Below, piece after piece: positions 9,049 to 17,796 of a stretch of 64,000 nucleotides of DNA. The number at the start of each line of letters is the position of its first letter. The stretch's first letter is position 1. The DNA lies in IMG/VR virus record IMGVR_UViG_3300045136_000892; one strand, written 5' to 3'. The notes under the pieces were generated by a model. That model did no database searches, was not told where the DNA came from, and saw only the letters and a list, made by a program, of their open reading frames with translations. The translations under genes were made by a program, and so were the position numbers. Source of the DNA: a virus.

Positions 9049-9377
9049 CGCTCCCTCCCGCCGCGCTCGCGGCTCCTGTCGATGGTGTTCCCCTCCTCCT
9101 GCGTTGCCATGCCGATCAGACGGTTTCGCTGGGCGTCGCTGATCTTGCCGGGGTCGATCTCGGACAGGAGGATGTGGCCCTGGTCGCGGTTCGAGACGCC
9201 CGACCAGTCGACCGCGTCCTGCAGGATCGCGAGCTTGCTGCGCTCCGGCATGTCCTGCCACGGCCGTTCCTCGATGCGGTAAGCCTGGTTCCGGCCCACA
9301 ACCGCCGGATAAGTGCCCTCCTTGATCCGCATGATGTGGTTGAAAACCTCGCTCAGGCGCTTCTCGTCGCTGGGCAT
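9045..9377 (-). CDS. Hypothetical protein ending DRSRERGGRER
   Basis: GGAG RBS; operon context. Confidence 0.7.
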   Translation of the reverse strand: MPSDEKRLSEVFNHIMRIKEGTYPAVVGRNQAYRIEERPWQDMPERSKLAILQDAVDWSGVSNRDQGHILLSEIDPGKISDAQRNRLIGMATQEEGNTIDRSRERGGRER

Positions 9378-9419
9378 GGCTCACTCCAATTGAGGGCGGG
9401 GCGTCCGTGCCCCGGCCGG

Positions 9420-9602
9420 TCATTTCAGCAGCCGCGTGATGACGCTGATGGCCTTGGTGGTGGCGGCCTTCTTGGTCGCACCGGCCACCGCGGGGCTGTT
9501 CTTCGACAGCCACTTCCAGGCGATGGCCCAGCCGACGACGCCGATGACGAAGGCCCGCCCGAAGGCGTCCGCGGAGAATGGGTTGGTCGGGAAGTCGAAC
9601 AT
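9420..9602 (-). CDS. Small single-TM protein
   Basis: AAGGAG RBS; hydrophobic segment. Confidence 0.6.
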   Translation of the reverse strand: MFDFPTNPFSADAFGRAFVIGVVGWAIAWKWLSKNSPAVAGATKKAATTKAISVITRLLK

Positions 9603-9729
9603 GAGTCGCGAATCTCCTTGTGAAATGGCGTGAAGCGATCTACTCTCCGGCTGTCAGCTCCGCGCCCGAGGCGCGTCGAGCCTCGGCGGCCGGGGCTTGA
9701 ACCTGGCGGTCGCAGCCCCGGCCGCCTCC

Positions 9730-10104
9730 TCACATCTCCCGCCCCATGTCCCGGTCCTGCTGCTGCGAGGGCGGGGTCGGCTGACTCGGGGCATCCAGGA
9801 TGTCCTGGAGACTGAACTCGCGGGCGCTGGGACCGATGTCCTTGAGGCCGCCCATCTCCTGCGTGACGATCTGGGGCGTCGGGTTACCCAGCACGCCCGG
9901 CTCCTCCATGGGCTTGATATTGCTGTCCGGAAAGGCGGCCAGGGCCTGCGTGATCTCGTGGGCGCCAAGACGCCCCATCGCTGCCAGGTGCCCCTCGCCG
10001 AGCTTCCGCCCGGCCTGCTCCTGCGGCTCGATGCCCCCGGCCGACTCCGCAGTGCGAGTGGGGCCCGGGTCGGACATGATCTGGTCAAACGCCTCTCTCG
10101 ACAT
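9730..10104 (-). CDS. Hypothetical protein ending LQDILD...DRDMGREM
   Basis: AGGAGG RBS; directly downstream of the T4CP gene. Confidence 0.7.
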   Translation of the reverse strand: MSREAFDQIMSDPGPTRTAESAGGIEPQEQAGRKLGEGHLAAMGRLGAHEITQALAAFPDSNIKPMEEPGVLGNPTPQIVTQEMGGLKDIGPSAREFSLQDILDAPSQPTPPSQQQDRDMGREM

Positions 10105-10151
10105 CTCGATGCCTCCTTCGGTTGGCCCGGCTCGCGCCGGAGATTGGGACT

Positions 10152-11891
10152 CTAAAACCCCGCCATCGCGATCCCCACCGCGCCCGCCAGCACGAGCATG
10201 AGGATCGCCGTCAGCCACACCTCCGCCGTCCGGAGGAGGTGGTTCCGTCGCCCGTTTCCCGGGCTCTGTTCCTCGTAGTAGCGCGTCAGAGTAGTGCGGA
10301 TCGGGGGCACGCCCGGGGTGAAGGTGATCGCCGTCCGGGCGGGCAGCGCCACGACCTCCTCCGGCTTGAGAAGCTTCCGGGCCTGCTGGGCCCAGTTCGA
10401 GTTGCTGCCCCAGGACTCGGAGAGGCTGGTGCTCGGCTCCGGGCTGCTGACCTGCCGCGAACTGCCGGTGTTCGTCCCGCCGGAATCCACGACGATGGTC
10501 GCTTCGCCCAGCCGGGCGCTCACGTACTCCGACGTCTGCTGGTCATTGACGCCGAAGAATACCTGCGTCGTGTTCGAAAGAAGCGTGGTGTCGCCGCCCT
10601 CGCCCCAGCACTCGCGGAGCTGGCCCATCGACTGGTAGTAGAACTGGAGGCGCACGCCGTACCCGCGATACTTGTCCACCGCATCGTCGAGGCAGTCCAT
10701 TCGCCCCAGGCTGGCGGCCTCGTCCAGGATGAAGTGGACCTTGTTCTGCTCCTGAAGCCCCCCGTCGACGACCGCCCGCAATGCCGCCCCGATCCAGAGC
10801 CGCAGCAGCCCGGCCTGGGTGGTGATCTGCTTGGGCGGCAGGACCAGGTAGACGGTCATCTTCCCCTTGCGCAGCTCGGACAGGTCGAAGCTGCTGGCCC
10901 TCGTGCTGGCAGCGACGGCGAGCGTGTCGAGGAAGTTCATGAACCGATTCGCCGTGCTCAGGACCGAACCGAGCTCCTTGTCCTTGTAGTTGGTGAGCTG
11001 GTTCCCGAGCCTCGCCACCATGCCCTCGTGCCCGGTCTCGTTTCGGAGGACCTCGATGATCGCCTCCCGCTTTGCCGGAATGGTCAGGAGCGTCCTCACG
11101 GACTGCAGCGATCGGTTCTCGTCCCGCCCGTAGAGCGCCACAGCTACGAGCATCGCGGTGATCCAGAGCTCGGCGCTGTCGTTCCAGTACGGGTCCTTCT
11201 CCTCGCCTGTCCTGATCACCATGGCGTTCGCGAGCGCCCGGCAATCGTCGATGAGCAGCGGCGACCTGGGGTCGATGGTGTCCAGGGGATTGAAGGTGTC
11301 CGGGGTTTTCGTCACCACGTTGAACGGATCGAGGACCACGGTCCTGTGGCCGAATTTCTCGCGGCGGTGCCTCGCGGTCAGCTGGTAGTTCTCGCCCTTG
11401 AAGTCCACGACGGCCATCGAATCGGGGCAGTTCAGCAGGTGCGGGATGACGCAGGACACGCCTTTCCCCACGCCGGTCGGGGCGAATACCGCGATGTGTA
11501 CGGCCTTGTTGAGCCTGACGGGCACGGTCTCGGCGGGCTGCCGCTGCAGCTTGCGCATCGACAGCATGAGCCGTTCGCAGGCCACGACCGGGGGGACCCG
11601 GCGATCGAACAAGGCCCGGATGGACTCGAAGAACCCCGGCCTGGGCAGCGTGACCTTGCCCACGATCAGGCCGGATTCGCCCTCGAGCATCCCCGCCCGG
11701 TCCAGGTCGTCGATGTCTGCCCAACGGGCGGTCCCAAAGGCGGTCAAAGTCCGGACACGCTTCCCGGCGGCCGCGAGCAGCACGGCCAGGCCGATGCCGA
11801 GGGCGAGGACGGGGATACCGGCGGCGATGGCCGCGAGCAGCAAGGCGAAGATGATGACCGCCAGGATCATGATTGCGCGGCAGTATCGCAT
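10152..11891 (-). CDS. virD4: Type IV coupling protein (VirD4/TraG family)
   Basis: N-terminal TMs, FGTARWA, APTGVGKG Walker A, DFKGEN, FNPLD, FILDEAASLG, QSMGQL. Confidence 0.92.
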   Translation of the reverse strand: MRYCRAIMILAVIIFALLLAAIAAGIPVLALGIGLAVLLAAAGKRVRTLTAFGTARWADIDDLDRAGMLEGESGLIVGKVTLPRPGFFESIRALFDRRVPPVVACERLMLSMRKLQRQPAETVPVRLNKAVHIAVFAPTGVGKGVSCVIPHLLNCPDSMAVVDFKGENYQLTARHRREKFGHRTVVLDPFNVVTKTPDTFNPLDTIDPRSPLLIDDCRALANAMVIRTGEEKDPYWNDSAELWITAMLVAVALYGRDENRSLQSVRTLLTIPAKREAIIEVLRNETGHEGMVARLGNQLTNYKDKELGSVLSTANRFMNFLDTLAVAASTRASSFDLSELRKGKMTVYLVLPPKQITTQAGLLRLWIGAALRAVVDGGLQEQNKVHFILDEAASLGRMDCLDDAVDKYRGYGVRLQFYYQSMGQLRECWGEGGDTTLLSNTTQVFFGVNDQQTSEYVSARLGEATIVVDSGGTNTGSSRQVSSPEPSTSLSESWGSNSNWAQQARKLLKPEEVVALPARTAITFTPGVPPIRTTLTRYYEEQSPGNGRRNHLLRTAEVWLTAILMLVLAGAVGIAMAGF

Positions 11892-12163
11892 GTCTCCTCC
11901 AGCGTCGTGGGCTGTGAATCGGTCGTCATGGAACTGAGTGCGGTTGTTTCCGTATCTCCGTCAGCAGGAGGGGCGCTCTGGTCAGGGTCTGAGTGCCGTT
12001 CCCTCTCCAGCTCGATCTGTAGCCTGAGCTTCCTCAGCTCGTGCTCGCGGAGGGTTGCTTGGTTTTCGAGCCGCAGGTAAGTGCCGAAGTGCCAGGCGCC
12101 CCGCAACATCACGGCGAAGGCTGCCATCATCGAATAAAAAAACACGTTCACGGCGAGAGACAT
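11867..12163 (-). CDS. Membrane-anchored coiled-coil protein
   Basis: N-terminal TM followed by a coiled coil; GGAGG RBS. Confidence 0.55.
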   Translation of the reverse strand: MSLAVNVFFYSMMAAFAVMLRGAWHFGTYLRLENQATLREHELRKLRLQIELERERHSDPDQSAPPADGDTETTALSSMTTDSQPTTLEETCDTAAQS

Positions 12164-12345
12164 CGCTGACCTCCCGGAAGGCGTGACAGTTCTGCCTGCG
12201 CCCGCATGATGTCCAGCTCCAGCTCTTGGAGCTTGGCGGTGCTCTCCGCTACCCATCGGGCGTGCTCCAGCAGGTCGCTGATCGCCAGCGTCCAGGCGAA
12301 CAGGGTTGCGCCGATGGCAAGCGCCATCTCCCACCAGTCGCTCAT
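12148..12345 (-). CDS. Membrane-anchored coiled-coil protein
   Basis: TM plus heptads; GGAGG RBS. Confidence 0.55.
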   Translation of the reverse strand: MSDWWEMALAIGATLFAWTLAISDLLEHARWVAESTAKLQELELDIMRAQAELSRLPGGQRCLSP

Positions 12346-12540
12346 GTGGCCTCCGAAGGTGGTTGACCGAATGGAATGGCTGTGGCAGGTTCGTGGTGCT
12401 GTGGGGCGAATCCCGTAAAGCGCGCAGAATACCTCCACGAGGGAAACGGCAGAATCACCCACAGCGCCTCGAAGTCCTCGTAAGAGGCCGCCGGGAGTCA
12501 TGACCCGGCGTAGTTTCCACCCATCGTGTGCGGTGGGTTC

Positions 12541-12568
12541 AAAGGCCCCTCCGGGGGCCTTTGCTTTT
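12541..12568. terminator. Terminator-like hairpin
   Basis: AAAGGCCCC-TCCG-GGGGCCTTTGCTTTT. Confidence 0.55.
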
Positions 12569-12799
12569 CCCCATCCTTCTCCAGCAGCGGCCTCTCCTCC
12601 GGCTTGAGGATCACCAGCGCCCGGCTCGTGGGTTTGCAGCTCTGGCAGCCGCAATACGGCTCGTGCTTGTCGTTCTTCCTCATTGCGATGCTCATGTGCG
12701 CGCACCTTCCACGACCAGGCGCAAGGGGTGCGCTGTGAATCGTAGAAAACGCTTTGAAACGTAGGAATTCTGCGGGGTTTACCCCGGCGCTGCGGCTGG

Positions 12800-13603
12800 C
12801 TAGTTAGCTGCCGCAATATCACGCCACACGTTCATCGCGGTCTTGGCGTTAAGCCCCTTCGCCACGGCCTGCTTCATCTGCTTGACCGCCTCGGTGGCCG
12901 CCTCGATGGCATCCTCCAGCGAGATCTCGTCCCCGGCCACGGTGACCACCTGGCCGGACACCAGGGGCACCTTGATCTTGCTGGCGCGAACGGCTGGCGC
13001 TGCGCTGGACCGCTTCCTGCGCCCATGACGTTCCAGCTCGTCCCGGGTGACGCCGCTGAGGGTCATCGCAAGCAAGCCACCTTGCTGATCGCTCGGCAGC
13101 TTCGCGATCGCGTAGGCCTTGGCGAAGCCGAACTTGCCGTCGAGGAACGCCTGCCTGGCCTCGGGGATCAGGTCGTCCGGGCACAGCCACCGGGTCACGG
13201 TGGACGGATCCTTCCCGAGGTGCGCCGCGAGATCCTTGCGGGCCCACTCCGGGTTGAGCTTCAGGAGCTCCGAGCAGGAGAGGTAGATCTCGGGTTCGGA
13301 GAGATCCACTCGCTGGACGTTCTCCGTGAGATTGATGACCTTGATCTGTGCGGGCGTGAGCGTGCTGGGGTAGATCGAGACAGCGGCCGAGTCGACCTTG
13401 GCCAGACGGAGCGCCGCGAGCCGGCGAAATCCGGCGATCAGCTGGTGATTGTCGAGGACGATGAGGGGCTGGAGCAGCCCGTTGGCGACGATCGAGTTGC
13501 AGAGCTCCCGGATCCCGTCGTCGATCTCAACCTTCCTCGCGTTCTGGCCCTCGATGATCTTGTCGAGCGGCCAGGTATCGTGCTTCGGCTTCGGAAGCGG
13601 CAT
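12800..13603 (-). CDS. parB: ParB/Spo0J family protein (no ParA in the window)
   Basis: SIVANGLLQPLIV, LIAGFRRLAA, ENVQR and an HTH. Confidence 0.88.
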   Translation of the reverse strand: MPLPKPKHDTWPLDKIIEGQNARKVEIDDGIRELCNSIVANGLLQPLIVLDNHQLIAGFRRLAALRLAKVDSAAVSIYPSTLTPAQIKVINLTENVQRVDLSEPEIYLSCSELLKLNPEWARKDLAAHLGKDPSTVTRWLCPDDLIPEARQAFLDGKFGFAKAYAIAKLPSDQQGGLLAMTLSGVTRDELERHGRRKRSSAAPAVRASKIKVPLVSGQVVTVAGDEISLEDAIEAATEAVKQMKQAVAKGLNAKTAMNVWRDIAAAN

Positions 13604-13846
13604 GTGGACCTCCCCGTCAAGAATCGCTGAGCGCGGACGACCACTGGTCGGTGGCCGAGAATGGCCACACGCGAGGTCGCCGGATGATCGCGGACCGAGT
13701 CCCGGACGCATCGCGTTGCGCCGGATGGCGGACCGCTCTTGCGCCGAGGCAACAAAGGCCCGCGTCGGGATCGCGGTCTTTACTGCGTCAGCGGACGCTT
13801 CAGGCGTCTGACTAAGAATACGCGCGAGCGGCCTGGCCTGAAAATT

Positions 13847-13875
13847 TGGGAAAAATGCGGCTCAGATTTTTCCCA
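13847..13875. promoter_or_regulatory. Perfect 10-bp inverted repeat, candidate operator
   Basis: TGGGAAAAAT-N9-ATTTTTCCCA upstream of the parB-virD4-xis block. Confidence 0.5.
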
Positions 13876-13888
13876 GATGGACGCGCGA

Positions 13889-14674
13889 TCAGGATAGGAG
13901 GTCGGGGCGGGAGGAGACCCAGTCGGCGAGGGCCTGACCGGCGGGGGTGAGCTCGGTGCGGGATCGGCCCGGGCCGGGGGCGAGGCGGGTGAGCTGGACG
14001 CCGAGGGATTCTCCGAGCTTGCGGACCTTGTACGCGGGGCCGCTATGATCTGGGTTGTCTGCCGCTTCGTCCGCCTGCCGCGCGACGTGCCGGAAGGACT
14101 TGTGGACGGTGAACGATCGGAAGACGGACAGCCGGTCCAGCGTCTTTGCCCGCGCCGCGCCATTCAGCAGGGCCGTCAGCTTGCTGGCCGCCTCGGGGTA
14201 CTCGATATGCAGCAACGAGGAGGACTTGTCCCCCGCCTTGTAGAAGGCGGAGAACTTTGCGACCGCGGCGGTATAGGCTTCGGCATTCCCCAGCGACGCT
14301 TCCATGTGGGCATCGAGAAAGGCAGCCAGTTGGCCCGACGCCAGCGAAGCGAAGGTAATCGCCATATTCGGGTTCGTGGCGGACCTGATGAAGATGCTGT
14401 ATTGCCTGTAGGCCGCATGAAGCTCCGCCTGGGTCATCAGTCCCTTCGATGCAAGGACGCCATCGATTTCATCGGCTGAGATGCCCGCGGAGTGGCACTC
14501 GCAGAGCGAGTCGTATGAATCGCAGATCCTGATAACATGCTCGATCTCCGACTTGTCATCGAGCAAGGGAACCGTCAGCCGAAGGCATTGCAGGGCGAGG
14601 CGCCTCAGGTCGGCAGCCCGAGCCTCGTCGTTTAGAGACTTGATCCGGTCCAGCCACTCTCTTGGGACCTGCAT
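13889..14674 (-). CDS. Regulator with a C-terminal LysR-type winged HTH
   Basis: C-terminus LSVFRSF...SFRHVA...VRKLGESLGVQL.R...LTPAG matches the LysR HTH pattern. Confidence 0.65.
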   Translation of the reverse strand: MQVPREWLDRIKSLNDEARAADLRRLALQCLRLTVPLLDDKSEIEHVIRICDSYDSLCECHSAGISADEIDGVLASKGLMTQAELHAAYRQYSIFIRSATNPNMAITFASLASGQLAAFLDAHMEASLGNAEAYTAAVAKFSAFYKAGDKSSSLLHIEYPEAASKLTALLNGAARAKTLDRLSVFRSFTVHKSFRHVARQADEAADNPDHSGPAYKVRKLGESLGVQLTRLAPGPGRSRTELTPAGQALADWVSSRPDLLS

Positions 14675-14783
14675 CGCCACCCCCCCTCCGAACGCAGCAA
14701 CCTCCTGAACAAAGCGCCATCCACCATGGTAGCGCCCGCCGTCTCGCCGGTCAATCCCGGCAGACGCCCGATTCATTGCCTCC

Positions 14784-14980
14784 CTCCTTTTTGTTACCGG
14801 CCCCGACCGACGCCTATTCCTGGCACTATGAACCCGCCGCCGGGATGCGCAAGCAGAGAATCGGTTCCCCCTGAAGGTCTCCCCCAATTCTCTGCTTGCC
14901 CACCGCCGAGGCTTCCCGTCCGAGGCGGGTTCTGGGGGCGTGCCGTAAGGCTCGGTGGTCGAGCCTGTAACTAGAAGGAG
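14784..14980. promoter_or_regulatory. About 200-nt nested hairpin (ssDNA promoter/sso-like)
   Basis: Nested arms CTCCTTTTTGTTAC/GTAACTAGAAGGAG, GAACCCGCC/GGCGGGTTC, GCAAGCAGAGAAT/ATTCTCTGCTTGC. Confidence 0.6.
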
Positions 14981-14986
14981 AATGTT

Positions 14987-15184
14987 ATGACTGATTCCAA
15001 ACCTATCGCCATCATCCGCCAGACGACGACCGTCTCGATCGCTTTCGCGGAGAAGCCCTCGGAAGAACGCCGCCGTCAGCTCCGTGACGCTGGCTACCGC
15101 TACGAGAACGGCAACTGGTTCCGCAGCGAGCCGCATAGCCAGATGGCTACCGAGGAACTAGTTGCGCAAGTCCTCGCGGCATAG
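14987..15184 (+). CDS. Small protein with an F.EKP..E.R..L...GYR....W motif
   Basis: AAGGAG RBS; motif resembles small domains of polyvalent mobile-element proteins. Confidence 0.65.
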   Translation: MTDSKPIAIIRQTTTVSIAFAEKPSEERRRQLRDAGYRYENGNWFRSEPHSQMATEELVAQVLAA

Positions 15185-15257
15185 TAACAACAAGGGAGCC
15201 AGACTCTACATCTGGCTCCCTCAACCCTCCAACCGAAAATCGAAAGGCATTACCCTT

Positions 15258-15836
15258 ATGGCAAAGAAAATCGCTCTTAGCAATACCCGTCGTGATGTAA
15301 TCCGCGAATACGGGCTGAAGCACATCAAGACCAGCATCGACCGCAGCAAGGAGCAGAAGCAGCTCGCCATCATGCTGAAAGAGGCCAACGCCGCCATCCG
15401 TAGCAAGTACCCGGAGGCGGAAATGGCCGTGCTGCGCAAGTATGACCTGGCTCGCGTAGACCGCTGCCTCAAGTTCCAGATGCCCAGCGGCCGGGTGGAC
15501 GGCTTTACCTTCAACGCGGACTGCGAGGTGGCGGACATCCCGTATAACCGCCACTGCAGCTACTACAACAGCACCGTGTTTCCGGTCTCCGAGGCGTTCG
15601 AGAAAGCCTTCGACGCCCACGCCAAGCACAAGGCCGAGGCCGACAAACTGCAGCAGGAGAAGATCGATCAGTTCACCAGCTTCCTGATCGCCTGCAAGAC
15701 GGTTGAGGATTTCATCGATGTCATCCCTCTGCCCGAGGACATCCGCAAACGGCTGGGGGCAGACTCGACGGCTCTCGTGGCCGTGACGCCGGAGACCGTG
15801 AAGTCGCTCAAAGCGACCTTCAAGAAAGCCGCCTAA
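15258..15836 (+). CDS. Hypothetical protein, possibly Nmad5-like
   Basis: Good codon usage; helical profile; precedes the methyltransferases. Confidence 0.55.
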   Translation: MAKKIALSNTRRDVIREYGLKHIKTSIDRSKEQKQLAIMLKEANAAIRSKYPEAEMAVLRKYDLARVDRCLKFQMPSGRVDGFTFNADCEVADIPYNRHCSYYNSTVFPVSEAFEKAFDAHAKHKAEADKLQQEKIDQFTSFLIACKTVEDFIDVIPLPEDIRKRLGADSTALVAVTPETVKSLKATFKKAA

Positions 15837-15843
15837 CGAAAAA

Positions 15844-15868
15844 GGGAGCGGCCTGCACAGCCGCTCCC
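15844..15868. terminator. Terminator-like hairpin
   Basis: GGGAGCGGC-CTGCACA-GCCGCTCCC preceded by an A-run. Confidence 0.5.
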
Positions 15869-15900
15869 GCCTTCTATAACCTCAAGGATGAGTTGAGATT

Positions 15901-17796
15901 ATGACACCTGCTTACAGCAATCCACCACCGCTTGCAATAGCCCCTGACGAACTGATCGTTGACAACTTCGCGGGTGGCGGCGGCGCATCGCTCGGCATAG
16001 GCATGGCCCTTGGCCGGTCGCCCGATATTGCCATTAATCACGATAAAGAAGCAATTGCGATGCATGCCGCGAACCACCCGGAGACCAAGCACTATTGTGA
16101 GGACGTCTGGCACGTCGACCCGATCGAGGCCTGCGCGGGTCGCCCGGTCGGGCTCGCATGGTTCAGCCCGGACTGCAAGCACTTCTCCAAGGCCAAGGGC
16201 GGCAAGCCTGTCAGCAAGAAGATCCGCGGCCTAGCTTGGGTCGTGATCCGCTGGGCGAAGGCCGTCAAACCCCGCGTCATCATCCTGGAGAACGTCGAGG
16301 AGTTTCAAGACTGGGGACCGGTTCTCCCAGATGGCCAGCCCTGCCCGTTGCGGAAGGGCCAGACCTTCCGCCGCTGGAAGTCACAGCTCGAAAACCTTGG
16401 CTACCGTGTCGAACCGAAAGAGCTTCGGGCCTCGGACTACGGAACGCCAACGATTCGCAAGCGACTCTTTATCGTCGCCCGTTGCGACGGACTGCCGATC
16501 CGATGGCCCGAGCCGACGCACGGAGACCCGAAGAAGATCCAGCAGGATCTATTCAGCATCAACCTGAAGCCTTGGCGGACGGCGGCCGAGTGCATCGACT
16601 GGTCGCTCCCGTGCCCGAGCATCTTCGAGCGGCAGCGACCGCTGGCCGAGAATACACTCCGCCGGATAGCCGCTGGCATCCGCCGCTTCGTCATCGAGGC
16701 GAAGGAGCCGTTCATCGTCAACCTGACCCACCACGGCGGAGACCGCGTCGAGCCGCTCGACGAGCCGTTTCGCACCGTCACCGGGGCGAATCGCGGCGAG
16801 AAGGCGCTCTGCACGCCGTTCATCGCGCGGACGGCGCACGGAGACGTCGACAAGAACGGCAAGCGACGGGGCAAAGGCCAGCATTCGGTCGGCGAGCCGC
16901 TTCATACGGTCACCGCGTCCGGCGACTATGCCATTTGCACGCCGTTCCTGGCTGGCGTCGGTGGCCGGGCCGGGCAGTCACCGGAGCGATCGCCAGACCA
17001 GCCCTACCAGACGATCACGGCCAAAGCCGACGCTGCAATCATCTGCCCGACCCTGATACAGACCGGGTACGGTGAGCGGGAGGGCCAAGCACCCCGAGTA
17101 CCGGGCCTCGATAAACCGCTGGGCACTGTGGTCGCCGGGGCGGCAAAGCACGCTCTGGTGACCCCTCTCCTCGTCGGCACCGGCGGCCCCGCGTATTCGG
17201 CGAAGCCTCGCCCCGCTGGACAGCCGATGAACACGATGACGACCGACTCGCGGGCCGCTCTGGTCTCCGCCTTCCTGGCCAAGCACTACACCGGCGTCGT
17301 CGGCAGCGACCTGCCTGAGCCGATGGGCACCGTTACGGCGACCGATCACCACAGCTTGGTCGCTTCTCACCTGCTCAAGCTGAAGGGGACGTGCAAACAC
17401 GGTCAGGCCGTGGACCAGCCGCTGGCCACAGTCCAGGCGGGCGGCCTTCACTACGCCGAGGTCAGGGCATTCCTGATCAAGTACTTCGGCACCGACCAGG
17501 ACCCCCGGCTTCAGGAGCCGCTGCATACCGTCACGAGCAAGGACCGCTTCGGCTTGGTCACCGTCCACGGCCAGGACTACGTGATCGTCGACATCGGCCT
17601 GCGGATGTTGACCCCGCCAGAGCTTTACCGGGCCCAAGGCTTCCCCGAGCACTACCTGATTAGCCCCGTCATCGACGGCAAGCCGCTCTCGAAGACCGCC
17701 CAGGTCCGCATGTGCGGCAACTCGGTCTGCCCGCCGATCGCGGCGGCGGTCGCCAGGGCGCAGTTTGAAACCGCTCCGGTGGCGAGGGCGGCATGA
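15901..17796 (+). CDS. C5-cytosine DNA methyltransferase with repeated TRD-like segments
   Basis: FAGGGG, SPDCKHFS, ENVEEF, TIRKRLF and GNSV motifs. Confidence 0.93.
   Translation: MTPAYSNPPPLAIAPDELIVDNFAGGGGASLGIGMALGRSPDIAINHDKEAIAMHAANHPETKHYCEDVWHVDPIEACAGRPVGLAWFSPDCKHFSKAKGGKPVSKKIRGLAWVVIRWAKAVKPRVIILENVEEFQDWGPVLPDGQPCPLRKGQTFRRWKSQLENLGYRVEPKELRASDYGTPTIRKRLFIVARCDGLPIRWPEPTHGDPKKIQQDLFSINLKPWRTAAECIDWSLPCPSIFERQRPLAENTLRRIAAGIRRFVIEAKEPFIVNLTHHGGDRVEPLDEPFRTVTGANRGEKALCTPFIARTAHGDVDKNGKRRGKGQHSVGEPLHTVTASGDYAICTPFLAGVGGRAGQSPERSPDQPYQTITAKADAAIICPTLIQTGYGEREGQAPRVPGLDKPLGTVVAGAAKHALVTPLLVGTGGPAYSAKPRPAGQPMNTMTTDSRAALVSAFLAKHYTGVVGSDLPEPMGTVTATDHHSLVASHLLKLKGTCKHGQAVDQPLATVQAGGLHYAEVRAFLIKYFGTDQDPRLQEPLHTVTSKDRFGLVTVHGQDYVIVDIGLRMLTPPELYRAQGFPEHYLISPVIDGKPLSKTAQVRMCGNSVCPPIAAAVARAQFETAPVARAA

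Noticed and set aside
10122-12080. Long antisense ORFs (e.g. 10122-12080 +, 51489-53312 -, 55219-56904 -, 60265-61848 -)
   Set aside because: Shadow frames of real genes in high-GC DNA, with no motifs or RBS
8020-12345. A complete conjugative T4SS
   Set aside because: No VirB4 ATPase or other recognisable MPF genes; only the coupling protein and small membrane proteins
12498-12695. 65-aa CxCxxC ORF as a gene
   Set aside because: No clear RBS, and it overlaps a terminator-like hairpin; not supportable without homology data
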